Assembly: GCA_050250855.1 (NCBI GenBank)
Contig: JBFWNW010000002.1
Coordinates: 197,925-261,924, forward strand
Length of the DNA stretch: 64,000 nucleotides
DNA from: Candidatus Babeliales bacterium
Lineage (GTDB): Bacteria; Babelota; Babeliae; Babelales; JACPOV01
Reading direction: 5' to 3'
Made by a program: the position numbers and the translations under genes. Of this stretch, positions 17,033 to 26,605 are shown in pieces (position 1 is the stretch's first letter; each line of letters opens with the position of its first letter). The notes below the pieces were generated by a model. The model was not told the origin of the DNA. It was given only the letters and a program-made list of their open reading frames with translations, and did no database searches.

Positions 17033-18154
17033 ATGAAAAAACTTCTTCTCTTTTTATCAATAACTTCTCTTTATGCAGCGGAAATGCCGGATATTTCTGG
17101 TTTGCAGCAAGAACTGAATACATTAAATAATGAACTTGGAAATTTATCACAAAAATTGCAAGTAACGCAGCAATCACGGTTTGCTCCACCTCCAATAATT
17201 CAACCAGCGCCAACTGGTGGTTCTGAAAAACCAGCGCCAAGCGGCCAACCTGGCCCGCAAAGAGGGGGGCAGCAGCAAGCGATGCCGGTTATTTATAATG
17301 ATGAGAGTTATTTTAACCAAAAATTTCCTGAGTTAGCACAACAAGTTGGATTGCAAAACTATACAGGCTATAATATTACCAATATAGCAAATGTTCCTAA
17401 TTCAGATAAAGCAATAATACTTATTAATGCACAGAACAATTATGCTGTAGGATCTGCACTTACTAAACAAGTAGTTGCAGAGATTACGAAAAAAATCAAA
17501 TATCCTATTGCTATCGGTATTTCAAATCAATCTTTTGACCCAGCTTGGTTATCAGACCGCATAAAAGAAGGAAAAGTCCTTATCGTTGATACAAACAATT
17601 TTAGCCAAGATAATAAAAATGAAATTTCTTATTATGTTCACAAACCATTAGTATCTACAGGCTCAATTCCCGTTTATTTTTCGTTTCTTGGAGAGTATGA
17701 AGCTATGAAAATATTAAAACAATTAGTGCCGGGTATTGAGAAAAATTTGGGAAATTTTGTTGAAATAGAATCAGGAACAAAAGCGCCAGCTGTAAACTTT
17801 ACTCAAGCACAAAAAGGTATTTATATTGGAAAGATTAGAACTCGCGGCGCTGACCATGCGCTACATACTAATACCCCAAGCAGATTAAATAACTTTATTA
17901 ATGCATATCAAACACCAATTGCTATTGTTATATACGCCGGAGCAGGTGAATTTAATGTTGAACTAGGTAATATTAAAGATATAGCAAAGAAAATATTAGA
18001 AGAAGGTCTTAAAGCAAAAGGAATCCTATCTATAACTCAAAATTTCGAAAACTTTCATGGTTTTGCTTTTGAATTAGACAAGGGCAATGTAGTAACAAGT
18101 CCTTCATATGCTAAAACAAGAATTGAAGAGCTCAAAAAACTTTTGGGTAACTAA
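17033..18154 (+). CDS. Secreted protein, family S member 3 (apparently two C-terminal domain copies)
   Basis: MKKLLLFLSITSLYAAEMPDISGLQQELNTLNNELGNLSQKLQ, a P/Q/G linker, then two units with the pattern K[AG]II[LY]I... and [YQ][PT]IAI[GV]I. Confidence 0.8.
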   Translation: MKKLLLFLSITSLYAAEMPDISGLQQELNTLNNELGNLSQKLQVTQQSRFAPPPIIQPAPTGGSEKPAPSGQPGPQRGGQQQAMPVIYNDESYFNQKFPELAQQVGLQNYTGYNITNIANVPNSDKAIILINAQNNYAVGSALTKQVVAEITKKIKYPIAIGISNQSFDPAWLSDRIKEGKVLIVDTNNFSQDNKNEISYYVHKPLVSTGSIPVYFSFLGEYEAMKILKQLVPGIEKNLGNFVEIESGTKAPAVNFTQAQKGIYIGKIRTRGADHALHTNTPSRLNNFINAYQTPIAIVIYAGAGEFNVELGNIKDIAKKILEEGLKAKGILSITQNFENFHGFAFELDKGNVVTSPSYAKTRIEELKKLLGN

Positions 18155-18214
18155 TTTCTAGAGAGGGATGAAGAAGCCTTTTTTCATCCCCCCGCCATTT
18201 TTTGAAAGGTACGT

Positions 18215-18913
18215 ATGAAAAAACTTTTGCTTTTCTTTTCTCTTTTTTCTTTGCATGCAGCAGAAATGCCGAATATTTCTGGTTTGCAGCAAGAGCTGAA
18301 TACATTAAATAATGAACTTGGAAAATTATCAAAAAAATTAGAGGCAACGCAGCATCCGCAGGTTACTCCGCCGCCAACAGGTCACCTAGGTCCTAAAGGA
18401 GGTCAGCAGCAAAAAATTCAAGTGCTGTTTCACGGCACCGATATAAATAATGCTCAAACATTTTTTAACCAGTTTGGCTTGCAGGGTAACTTTGAGTTTC
18501 TAAAATTACAAGATAATCTTAATATTATACAACCTGCACAAAAGGGTATTATATTGGTAAATTTTTCGGCAGGAAGGCAAAGAAATGTATTACCTTTAGA
18601 GCAAGATTTAAAAAAGAGTATAGATTTCTTTGATCAGCCTATTATTATTATGGTAAAACCAGGAACTGCTCAAAATCTGCAGCCATACGATGGCCCTGTG
18701 GCAAAAATTGCACAAGAAAAGATTGCGGATACTGATAGCTCAAAATATTCTGACCAAGAAAATAAAAAAAGAATGGAAGAGGCATTAAAAAATCCAAAAG
18801 TAGCAAATATTAAAGGCTTTGGCTTTTGGTATACTCCTGACTTTACTATAATCAAGCAAGAAGATGATGCATATCAAAATAAAATCGATCAGCTCAAAAA
18901 ACTTCTGCAGTAA
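18215..18913 (+). CDS. Secreted protein, family S member 4
   Basis: MKKLLLFFSLFSLHAAEMPNISGLQQELNTLNNELGKLSKKLE. The 5' ~130 nt are highly similar to 17033-17160. Confidence 0.8.
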   Translation: MKKLLLFFSLFSLHAAEMPNISGLQQELNTLNNELGKLSKKLEATQHPQVTPPPTGHLGPKGGQQQKIQVLFHGTDINNAQTFFNQFGLQGNFEFLKLQDNLNIIQPAQKGIILVNFSAGRQRNVLPLEQDLKKSIDFFDQPIIIMVKPGTAQNLQPYDGPVAKIAQEKIADTDSSKYSDQENKKRMEEALKNPKVANIKGFGFWYTPDFTIIKQEDDAYQNKIDQLKKLLQ

Positions 18914-19592
18914 TCTCTGAATGATTTTTTGTAGCCTGCGTTATGTGCAAAAAATTCTCCACCGCATCCATATGTTTTTTTAATTCTTGCGCATCCGTTT
19001 CAAACTCTTTATTGCAATCAAGTACTAAAACAGGAACTTCTTTTAATTCTGGTAAAATTCCCGATTTTTCTATTAAAAAGCTTTCATGATGCTCATGAAT
19101 TTGCTGCAAATAGGCAAAGGTAATCTTTTTTTCTGCCAGGCGGTTACGCTTTTTAATGCGCTTGTAAGCAACTTCCGGGTCTGTCTGTAAATAAATAAAT
19201 CCCTGCGGCGCTTTGCATTTTTGTGGAATTAAAAAATTGAACCACTGGTTATACAGTTCCCATTCAAGATCACTCATAAAACCATGTTTGTAACCATTGA
19301 GCGAAAAGCAATAATGCCCAGAATAGATAGAACGTTCAATAACATGGTGAGGATTGGGATGTTCTTGATCTTTTAAGTGCTCTTTAACGCGGCACATCAT
19401 GGCAAATGTTTCTAAACTATAAGACCAGCGTTGTGGGTTTTGATAAAAATTAGCAAGCAACGATTGCCCGTATACTTTTTTCTGCCAATTATGCAGCGGC
19501 TCTTGCGCAATATTTACATAAGGAAGATGCTGTGCAATAAGGTTCAAAAATGTTGATTTTCCCGCGCCAATGTTGCCTTCAAGAATATACAT
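18894..19592 (-). CDS. Deoxynucleoside kinase
   Basis: P-loop EGNIGAGKST, ERSIYS motif and Arg-rich lid RIKKRNRLAEK; size typical of the dNK/dCK family. Confidence 0.85.
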   Translation of the reverse strand: MYILEGNIGAGKSTFLNLIAQHLPYVNIAQEPLHNWQKKVYGQSLLANFYQNPQRWSYSLETFAMMCRVKEHLKDQEHPNPHHVIERSIYSGHYCFSLNGYKHGFMSDLEWELYNQWFNFLIPQKCKAPQGFIYLQTDPEVAYKRIKKRNRLAEKKITFAYLQQIHEHHESFLIEKSGILPELKEVPVLVLDCNKEFETDAQELKKHMDAVENFLHITQATKNHSEITAEVF

Positions 19593-19663
19593 AAAAATCC
19601 CTGGAGTTTAATATTTAAGTGTTTTTAGTATAAGGATTTTTAAAGAATTGTTAATGAAAAATG

Positions 19664-20218
19664 TTACTTTTTTACCACCGCAATGCGTTGCTCAATTTTT
19701 TTTGGCTCTGCCTTCTGAAAAGTAATAGTTAAGGTATCATGCTCATATTCTGCTTTGATATCCTCAAACTGAATTTCTGCTGGTAAAGCTTGGCGTACTA
19801 CTGATGAGCCGTAGCTGTAATAGCTTGCAACCTGTTTTCCATCTTCAGTCTTTTCTTCTTTTTGTTCATGCTTACGTTCATACGCGATGGTAAAAGGGGT
19901 TACTACTATTTCTAAAAAACCATGTGCTCCAGGTACCGTAATACGAACATATTCCTCTTTTTGTTCGAGTACTTTTTTAATGTCTATTTTTTCATGGTCA
20001 ATGTCGGGAGCTTTAATACTTAAAGAAAGCGTTGCGTCATCAAGGCGAATGTACGGAGCATTATCTGCTTTTGGTTGTGTAAAAAGATCTTTCATAAGAT
20101 CTTCAATTTCATGATGAATGCGCATGCAGCGTGTATTAAAACTATCAAAATCATGAGCACAGGTTACTGATGGTGCTAAAAAAAGAAAAGCAAATACAGA
20201 AAGGCTTTGTTTGAGCAT
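19664..20218 (-). CDS. Hsp20/alpha-crystallin-like protein with signal peptide
   Basis: The C-terminal LPAEIQFEDIKAEYEHDTLTITFQK resembles the ACD beta8-9 signature. N-terminal MLKQSLSVFAFLFLAPSVTCA is signal-like. Confidence 0.55.
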   Translation of the reverse strand: MLKQSLSVFAFLFLAPSVTCAHDFDSFNTRCMRIHHEIEDLMKDLFTQPKADNAPYIRLDDATLSLSIKAPDIDHEKIDIKKVLEQKEEYVRITVPGAHGFLEIVVTPFTIAYERKHEQKEEKTEDGKQVASYYSYGSSVVRQALPAEIQFEDIKAEYEHDTLTITFQKAEPKKIEQRIAVVKK

Positions 20219-20360
20219 AAAAGGCCTCCGGTTTTAGATATATTAGATTAATCGTTTATAGTTCGATTATAGTGAAAATAGTGCTATATTTCAATAGTTT
20301 TTGGTTTCTTATTATTGCATTCTCCTCTATACTATTTGTAAACCTTTAGAGAGGAATAGC

Positions 20361-21098
20361 ATGGCAAAAAAATTAGATAAAAATACGGAAGTTATATACG
20401 GAGCGCATCCTATTATAGAGTTGCTTAAAGCAAAAAAGCGACGTCTTTTAGAGTTATATACCAGCAAGCCGGTTCCAAAAGCTTTTAAAAAAATTGAATC
20501 TTTGTTGCCAAAAGGGTTGCCAGTTTCTTATGTTAATCGAGATAGATTAACTGCTTTGGCTGGTACTACAGAGCATCAAGGTGTCGTTGGTCTAACAACG
20601 CCTTGCATTATAAGAAAAAAATTTTTTGAACCAGACAAGCAACCGTTTTTACTTATGCTTGATGGTATTCAAGATCCTCGTAATCTTGGTGGCATTTTGC
20701 GTTCTGCCTATTGCACGGGTGTTGATGGTGTTATTATTACGCAAAAAGCAAGTGCACCACTTAATGCAGCAGCATTTAAAGCTTCAGCTGGGTTAGCTGA
20801 GTATTTAGATATTTATTATGCGCCTTCGGCAAAAGCTGCGGTGTTGCAGTTAAAGCAAGTCGGTTATGCAATATATCTTTCCATGCTTTCTGATAAAGCA
20901 AAAACTGTTACCGATGTTACTTTTAAACAACCACTTTGTATTGTTATTGGTAGCGAAGAAATGGGAATTTCTTCTGATATTAAAGCAGATGGCCAGGCAA
21001 TTATTGTACCGCAAAAAAAGGCGGATATTTCTTATAATGCTTCGGTTGCTTCTGGTATTTTGTTGTTTTTAGCTGCTACGCAGTTGGAGCGGATATAG
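20361..21098 (+). CDS. rlmB: SpoU/TrmH-family rRNA 2'-O-methyltransferase (RlmB-like)
   Basis: Start moved to the ATG at 20361 (MAKKLDKN...). Motifs DGIQDPRNLGGILRSA, IVIGSEEMGIS and YNASVASGILLF; N-terminal substrate-binding domain IYGAHPIIELL. Confidence 0.8.
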   Translation: MAKKLDKNTEVIYGAHPIIELLKAKKRRLLELYTSKPVPKAFKKIESLLPKGLPVSYVNRDRLTALAGTTEHQGVVGLTTPCIIRKKFFEPDKQPFLLMLDGIQDPRNLGGILRSAYCTGVDGVIITQKASAPLNAAAFKASAGLAEYLDIYYAPSAKAAVLQLKQVGYAIYLSMLSDKAKTVTDVTFKQPLCIVIGSEEMGISSDIKADGQAIIVPQKKADISYNASVASGILLFLAATQLERI

Positions 21099-21164
21099 GT
21101 ATATATTGATTTATTTTTAGATATATTTTTGAGTTTCACGGTTTTTATGCGGGCCATTTTTTTT

Positions 21165-21690
21165 GTTAATTTTGTTTATTATATTTTTTTAAGTATTTAA
21201 TTATCTCATGGCCCTTACCCAGGGCGGGGCCAGCCCCTTTTGCTTGTACAAAAGGGCTGGACAAAAATACACCAACATGCTGTTGGATCCGCTTGCTCGC
21301 TCAGACATCAACCACTCATCCTTCGGCTTCAGGTCGATGATTCGCTACCGGAGTGAATGTATAAAAAATAGTTTAATGCACCTTGACCCTTCGATACAAT
21401 TTCGATTTCATCGAAATCACTCCCTTCGACAAGCTCAGGACAGGCAGGGTGAGCGCACAGAACTATACTTAGTATCAAAAATAAGAAATTTACATAAATG
21501 AATTCATTATAACGCGCTCATCTTGAGTGTTTTTCCGTTAGGAAAAATGTATCAGCCTGCCCGGCGAAGCTTTTTAGTCCGAAGAAGTTTTTAACGAAGG
21601 CGGATTATGCGAAGCCTGGGAAAGATAAAGCGCTTGAAAAGAGGCTGGTCCCGTCCCGGAGAGGGACTGGTAAGATATACAAAAAACAAA
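21165..21690. repeat. Composite mosaic element (M-type) bounded by inverted A modules
   Basis: Left A module at 21205-21241. The right A module (21637-21676) reverse-complements to ATCTTACCAGTCCCTCTCCGGGACGGGACCAGCCTCTTTT. Internal modules are shared with 6308-6756, 24974-25055 and 30339-30423, and there is a P-type arm fragment at 21421-21444. Confidence 0.9.
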
Positions 21691-21841
21691 ATGATTATTA
21701 AATTCCCTTAAAACCAAATTTACCTTAAAAAATGAACACAACTTCTGAGCTTTCTTTAATATTATTGACTCCTTAAGCACAAAACTGTTATGAACATGGT
21801 AGCAGACTATAAAAAGAGGGGCTTTAAAAAAGGGATAGTCA

Positions 21842-22549
21842 ATGAAGCGCATACGCAGTTGCATAGCGCCAGCTATTATTATCTGTTCATCATTACTGTT
21901 GCTACGCTCGGGATATCAGTATATACAAGCGCCGGGAGAGGTATATATTTCTTTTGATACTGTTCTTTCTTGCAAAGCTGCTCAAGAATTTTCTGATTAT
22001 TGTACTGCTACTTTTCCTACGGTTGATCGTGCTACGTTTTGTAAAGTGGCACAAGAACATTTTCCTTATATAAAAGATATAGAAGTGCACCATCGTATGC
22101 TGGGCAAAGATAGACTAAAGGTGGCAGCTTATTATCCATGCTATCGCATTAATGAGCAAAAAATTCTTTTAGAATCAGGATCTTTTATTGATCAAGATTA
22201 TTTTAATACAGAATGTAGAGAGGATTTATTTCATCTTTCTTGTACGCAGGACATTGTATTTTCATCCTCGGCAAGGAATTGGTTGCAAGAATATGAAGAT
22301 ATTATTTTTGACTCTTTTTATGTAGCATTTAAAAATCCAACAGAGATTATATTAACAGATAAAAAAGATAGTTCTTTTAAAGTTGTTTGTTCAGAAAAAA
22401 CAAGAATAGAACAAAAAGCTCTGGATTCGTATGCACAGATAAAAGAAATGATGAAGCGTTCTGGGCGTTTAAAAAAAGGGATATATTGCAAAGCAGATTT
22501 TCGCTTTAAAAATCAGATAATCGTGTCTTGCAAAAAGGGGGAGTCATGA
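21842..22549 (+). CDS. FtsQ-like cell division protein (by position)
   Basis: Single N-terminal TM segment (APAIIICSSLLLLRSG); lies immediately upstream of, and overlapping, ftsA. No strong motif recognised. Confidence 0.5.
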   Translation: MKRIRSCIAPAIIICSSLLLLRSGYQYIQAPGEVYISFDTVLSCKAAQEFSDYCTATFPTVDRATFCKVAQEHFPYIKDIEVHHRMLGKDRLKVAAYYPCYRINEQKILLESGSFIDQDYFNTECREDLFHLSCTQDIVFSSSARNWLQEYEDIIFDSFYVAFKNPTEIILTDKKDSSFKVVCSEKTRIEQKALDSYAQIKEMMKRSGRLKKGIYCKADFRFKNQIIVSCKKGES

Positions 22550-23784
22550 AAGGGAAACTATTTTCGCATGAGCCGCTTATTGCTATTGATGTTGGCACAA
22601 CCAAAATTTGTGTGCTGGTAGCACAACAAACGGGAGCTGAATCAATAGAATTGATAGGTGTTGGCAAAGCACCATCCGATGGTTTATCAAAGGGTGTTGT
22701 TGTTGATATTAATAAAACTATTCGTTCCATAAAAAAAGCAAAAGAAGAAGCTGAATTAATGGCGGGAATTAGTATAGAATCAGCATGTATAGGTATTTCT
22801 GGAAGCCATATTCATTCTATAAACTCACAAGGCGTAGTGCCCATAAAAAGAAAAGAAGTAACGCATGAAGATATTAAGCATGTTTTAGAGTCTGCAAAAG
22901 CGGTGGCACTACCAGAGGGGCAGCAAATTCTCCATGTATTACCGCAGTACTATATTATTGATGGGCAAGATAAAGTGCGTGATCCTCTAGGTATGCATGG
23001 TGTACGTTTGGAAGCGCAAGTGCATATTATTACGGGCTCAATTTCTTCAGTACAAAATTTAGTAAAATGCTGCGAGCAGGCTGACATAAAAGTAACAGAT
23101 ATTGTACTTGAACAGTTAGCATCTGCCCTAGCGGTGCTCAGTCCAGATGAGCGCACCTTAGGCGTAGGTATTTTAGATATTGGTGGCGGGACGTCTGATT
23201 TTGCGTTGTATCATAATAATAGCATTATACATACCATGGTTTTACCTATCGCGGGAAATCACTTTACGAATGATTTGGCATTAGGGTTACGTATTACTTT
23301 AGAAGATGCCGAATGTATTAAAAAAACATGCGGCTTTGCTTATCAGCATGATTTTCAAGAAGGAATTGTACAAGTTGAATCCGTGCAAGGAGGCGTGCAT
23401 AAGCAAGTAACCTTGAGCGCATTGGGTTCAATTTTAATGCCCCGTGCAGAAGAGTTATTTTTACTTATTAATAAAGAATTAAAAAAATATTCTTTCAAGC
23501 CATTAATGCCGGCAGGTCTTGTTTTGACTGGTGGTGGTGCGTTGCTTGAAGGTATGCAAGAATTGGCAGAGAAGATTTTTGAAATGCCTGTTCGCATAGG
23601 AAGACCTCGTGCTGATAATAAATTGTTATTAGAATCACTTGATCATCCAAAATATGCTACTGGTTATGGACTTTTATTACATGTAATTGCGCACAATAAA
23701 GATTCATCATTACATGCGCTACAAGGGGCATTATTGCAGCGCCTTGCAGCTCGCATGAAAACATGGGTATCAGATTTTTTTTAA
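22546..23784 (+). CDS. ftsA: Cell division protein FtsA
   Basis: Start at the ATG at 22546, preceded by AAGGGGGAG. Actin-fold phosphate motifs IDVGTTKICVLVA and LDIGGGTSDFALY. Confidence 0.9.
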   Translation: MKGKLFSHEPLIAIDVGTTKICVLVAQQTGAESIELIGVGKAPSDGLSKGVVVDINKTIRSIKKAKEEAELMAGISIESACIGISGSHIHSINSQGVVPIKRKEVTHEDIKHVLESAKAVALPEGQQILHVLPQYYIIDGQDKVRDPLGMHGVRLEAQVHIITGSISSVQNLVKCCEQADIKVTDIVLEQLASALAVLSPDERTLGVGILDIGGGTSDFALYHNNSIIHTMVLPIAGNHFTNDLALGLRITLEDAECIKKTCGFAYQHDFQEGIVQVESVQGGVHKQVTLSALGSILMPRAEELFLLINKELKKYSFKPLMPAGLVLTGGGALLEGMQELAEKIFEMPVRIGRPRADNKLLLESLDHPKYATGYGLLLHVIAHNKDSSLHALQGALLQRLAARMKTWVSDFF

Positions 23785-23808
23785 GAAAGAACCAATAAAG
23801 GGGGAGCT

Positions 23809-24972
23809 ATGATCGATTTTGTTGAAGAAAAAAAAGAGTTCAGCGCAGGAGTTTCTATTAAAGTTTTAGGAATTGGCGGTGCTGGCGGTAATACCGTAAA
23901 CAGTATGATTGATGCTGGTTTTGAAGGTATTGATTTTATTGTAGCAAATACTGATGCACAAGCATTACACTTATCAAAGGCACGCAATAAAATTCAGCTT
24001 GGCGTAAAATCAACCAAAGGCCTGGGTACTGGTGCAAATCCAGAACTGGGAAAACGAGCTGCAGAAGAAGATCTTGAAAAAGTAATGGAAGCTTTAGAAG
24101 ATGCAGATATTGTATTTTTGACTGGCGGCATGGGCGGCGGCACAGGATCTGGCGCATTGCCCGTTGTAGCGCATGCACTTAAAGAAAAAGGTATTTTATC
24201 AATTGCTGTTGTTACCAAGCCGTTTGTTTTTGAAGGAAAACGCCGTGCGCAAGTAGCAGAGAATTCTTTAGAACTTCTGAAAAAAGAAATTGATACGTTA
24301 ATTATTATGCCGAATCAAAAACTACTTGATGTTGTTGATAAACATGTTTCTATGATTGATGCTTTTGCCATGATTAATGAAGTTTTAAATAGATCCGTTA
24401 AAGGTATTGCTGATATTATTGCAAAAACAGGGCATATGAATGTTGATTTTGCAGACGTTCGCACTATCATGAAAGATATGGGACTTGCTGTTATGGGAAC
24501 GGGCAGAGCAAGCGGCGAAGACCGTGCAGAACTTGCTGCAATGGAAGCAATCGAATCGCCATTGCTTGAGAATATGAGCATTGCTGGAGCGCGTGGCGTA
24601 TTGCTTAATATTACGGGCGGCAAAAACTTAGGGCTCCATGAAATCAGACAAGCGGCGAATATTATTTATGAACAAGCTGATGAAAACGCCAATATTATTC
24701 TAGGTTCTGTTATTGATGATTCGTTAACTGATGAAGTAATTGTTACCGTTATTGCAACGGGCTTTGAATCAAAAAATGCTCAAGAATGCAAAAAACAAGA
24801 AGAGCCAATGCCGGTTAAAGCTACTATTAAAGATGGTTCAATGCAGTATGAAAAAGTAATGCCAGACTATAAAAAAGAAGAAGCAAAGAAATATGAATTG
24901 AGCTCTGTTGATGATCTTGATATTCCAACATTTATGCGTAAAAAAGAAGGCACAACAGGAAGAATTGACTAG
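23809..24972 (+). CDS. ftsZ: Cell division protein FtsZ
   Basis: GIGGAGGNTVN, GGMGGGTGSGALPVVA, C-terminal DDLDIPTFMRKK. Confidence 0.95.
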   Translation: MIDFVEEKKEFSAGVSIKVLGIGGAGGNTVNSMIDAGFEGIDFIVANTDAQALHLSKARNKIQLGVKSTKGLGTGANPELGKRAAEEDLEKVMEALEDADIVFLTGGMGGGTGSGALPVVAHALKEKGILSIAVVTKPFVFEGKRRAQVAENSLELLKKEIDTLIIMPNQKLLDVVDKHVSMIDAFAMINEVLNRSVKGIADIIAKTGHMNVDFADVRTIMKDMGLAVMGTGRASGEDRAELAAMEAIESPLLENMSIAGARGVLLNITGGKNLGLHEIRQAANIIYEQADENANIILGSVIDDSLTDEVIVTVIATGFESKNAQECKKQEEPMPVKATIKDGSMQYEKVMPDYKKEEAKKYELSSVDDLDIPTFMRKKEGTTGRID

Positions 24973-25120
24973 AGCTTTATCCTTCCCAGGCTTCGCATAA
25001 TCCGCCTTCGTTAAAACTTCTTCGGACTAAAGAGCTTCGCCGGGCAAGCTGATACAATTTTCTACGCAAATCACTCAGGATGAGCGTATATTTTTATGCG
25101 CTCATCTTGTCTGTTTTTTT
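24973..25120. repeat. Mosaic element (M-type), short copy
   Basis: 24974-25055 is the reverse complement of module H at 21549-21633 and 30339-30423. It ends in the AGGATGAGCG...CGCTCATCTT hairpin. Confidence 0.9.
25077..25120 (+). terminator. Candidate terminator formed by the repeat's terminal hairpin
   Basis: AGGATGAGCG (25077-25086) pairs with CGCTCATCTT (25099-25108), a 10 bp stem with one G-T pair, followed 5 nt later by T7. It lies downstream of ftsZ. Confidence 0.5.
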
Positions 25121-25174
25121 CTTCGTAGTACGCTAACAAATGATTTTAATAAAAAAATATACGGAGAGAAATGT

Positions 25175-26605
25175 ATGATTTCACTTAAAAAAAAGAGTAC
25201 TCTAGAAGTAGTATTTGGCGTAACAGCTTTCATTATATTATTGATGATAGGATCACATTTCCTGAGCAAAAGATCATTACAAGAAAAATATATTGCCGCG
25301 GTTATCACCTCATTTAATAATGCACCATGGGTAGAAAAAAATTTAGATTCTATTTTTGCACAAGATTATAAAAATTTTCATATTTTTTATATAGACGATT
25401 GTTCAACTGATGGTACTGCAGACAAGGTGCAGGAGTATATACAAAAAAGAAATTTAGAAAACTACTTAACGCTTATTAAAAATGAAACACGCTCAGTAAA
25501 AATGCTTAATTTATATAAAATATATCATCAACTTGATGATTGGGCTCTTGTTGCTCAAATTGATGGTGATGATTGGTTGGAAAATAAGCATGTTTTTAAA
25601 ACTATCAATGAAGCGTATGCTAAAGATATATGGCTTGCTTATACGCAATTTTCTATGACAACGGGTGGTAAAGGTTCAAATGCAGTGCCACCAGCATGGG
25701 TGCAGTGGCAGGGTGCTTTTAGAAAATATAAGTCGACATGGTTTATGTATAGTCATTTAAAAACTTTTTATGCATGGCTTTTCAAGCAGATAAAACTACA
25801 AGATTTTATTGATGATGCTACCGGTAAATTTTTACCAAGTAATGATGACGTACTTATGATGTATCCTATGCTTGAGATGGCGCGCAATAATTTTTCATTT
25901 ATTCCAAAAAGCTGTTATGTATGGAATGTTTCACCTGGCTTTAGACCGGAGCTACGCTTGCAGAGTAATCCAGATTTTCAAGAACAGTTTTTTAAAAAAC
26001 CTGCATATCAAGCGTTTGAAAAAAATCTTTTGAAAAAAATGAATCAAGGCGATTACAAAGTAGATATTATACTGTTGGCTTTGCGTGGTGGAGCGGATAT
26101 AGAGCAGTGTATTGATGCTCTTAAAAAAAATGTTTCTGGTTTTACAAAAATTATAGTACTTACACATAAGCTAGAACATGTGCAAGCTATCAAGCAGGAT
26201 GATACAATTTCAGTGGCATTACTAGATTCATATAATATAGGGAAAAATCAGCTGAGTGATTATTTCTTGATTATTGATGATGAATATGCATTTTCTGAAA
26301 AAATATCATTACAAGAATGGGCTCAAGAATTAGAAAAAACGAAAGCGGATGCTTTTTATTGCAAGCAGGCACAGGAGCTTTCTTCGTGCTATCAGCCGTT
26401 ATATAATTCTTTGTGTGCATGGAAGTATGGTTTTAAAAAATCTGAAGACATTGATTTGAGTAATTATTTTGGACTGTATAGAAAACAGGCAGCAGATGAT
26501 ATAGTGCAAAAAATAGTATATAATAAAGAATTATATAATCATGATAACTCGGTAGTTGGTTTAGCGTACGAAAAACCTTTACTCAAAAAAATTGAACATA
26601 TATGA
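25175..26605 (+). CDS. Family 2 glycosyltransferase with N-terminal membrane anchor and long C-terminal extension
   Basis: VITSFNNAPWVEKNLDSIFAQDYKNFHIFYIDDCSTDGT and DGDDW (DxD). N-terminal TM segment VVFGVTAFIILLMIG. Confidence 0.8.
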   Translation: MISLKKKSTLEVVFGVTAFIILLMIGSHFLSKRSLQEKYIAAVITSFNNAPWVEKNLDSIFAQDYKNFHIFYIDDCSTDGTADKVQEYIQKRNLENYLTLIKNETRSVKMLNLYKIYHQLDDWALVAQIDGDDWLENKHVFKTINEAYAKDIWLAYTQFSMTTGGKGSNAVPPAWVQWQGAFRKYKSTWFMYSHLKTFYAWLFKQIKLQDFIDDATGKFLPSNDDVLMMYPMLEMARNNFSFIPKSCYVWNVSPGFRPELRLQSNPDFQEQFFKKPAYQAFEKNLLKKMNQGDYKVDIILLALRGGADIEQCIDALKKNVSGFTKIIVLTHKLEHVQAIKQDDTISVALLDSYNIGKNQLSDYFLIIDDEYAFSEKISLQEWAQELEKTKADAFYCKQAQELSSCYQPLYNSLCAWKYGFKKSEDIDLSNYFGLYRKQAADDIVQKIVYNKELYNHDNSVVGLAYEKPLLKKIEHI

